Below are positions 64,000 to 64,000 of a stretch of DNA of 64,000 bases, piece by piece (the stretch's first letter is position 1; the number at the start of each line of letters is the position of its first letter). The translations under genes were made by a program, and so were the position numbers. The stretch spans positions 51,381 through 115,380 of the forward strand of contig JAPLWX010000035.1 of the NCBI GenBank assembly GCA_026396415.1. The letters run 5' to 3'. Under the pieces are notes generated by a model that saw nothing but the letters and a program-made list of their open reading frames with translations, was not told the DNA's origin and searched no databases. Source of the DNA: Candidatus Micrarchaeota archaeon (GTDB taxonomy: Archaea; Micrarchaeota; Micrarchaeia; Anstonellales; Anstonellaceae).

Positions 64000-64000
64000 A

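Overview
This 64 kb window reads as archaeal chromosomal DNA, about 60% GC overall, with several lower-GC patches. The evidence is archaea-specific genes throughout, on both strands, and one intron-containing tRNA. One cluster matches the archaeal exosome/proteasome 'superoperon' but is split in two (2.7-4.0 kb and 34.9-39.7 kb). The pieces are L15e, RNase P Rpp30 and Pop5, then PsmA, SBDS, Rrp4, Rrp41, Rrp42, L37ae, RpoP, Pcc1 and prefoldin beta. Other housekeeping genes include RtcB, HtpX, PurA, Cgi121 and S8e. The signals I think matter most are these. (1) A protein family I cannot place, with 8-residue periodicity and a C-terminal Cys ladder. It occurs as an adjacent split pair (6673-8179) and as two fused paralogs (9510-11087, 33258-34874). 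The split-pair locus is bracketed by two paralogous tandem-duplicated Lrp/AsnC regulators and contains an AAA+/DUF4143 ATPase that sits behind a perfect 24-bp palindrome. (2) Roughly 11.7 kb of lower-GC DNA (18183-29877) that looks like two tandemly integrated elements at the 3' end of an intron-containing tRNA-Thr(GGU). Each element carries a tyrosine integrase with a C-terminal zinc ribbon, and partial copies of the tRNA 3' end act as att-like repeats. The second element carries a 1031-aa MmeI-like Type IIG restriction-modification enzyme that is translationally coupled to two membrane proteins. It also carries an intergenic region with two paralogous iteron cassettes whose 10-bp site differs in a coordinated way (TTGAGCAGCT versus TTGCGCAGCT). 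(3) A Tad/archaeal type IV pilus-like locus containing a pilin, two TadB/C-like membrane proteins, a VirB11/FlaI-type ATPase, and a 919-aa Pro/Glu-rich disordered protein. Inside it is a roughly 350-nt array of at least eight 9-10 bp hairpins. (4) An IS200/IS605-type tnpA with flanking hairpins, a PfkB kinase followed by two tandem PPDK_N-only paralogs, and an M23 peptidase. All calls come from reading the ORF translations and the DNA, and no database search was run.
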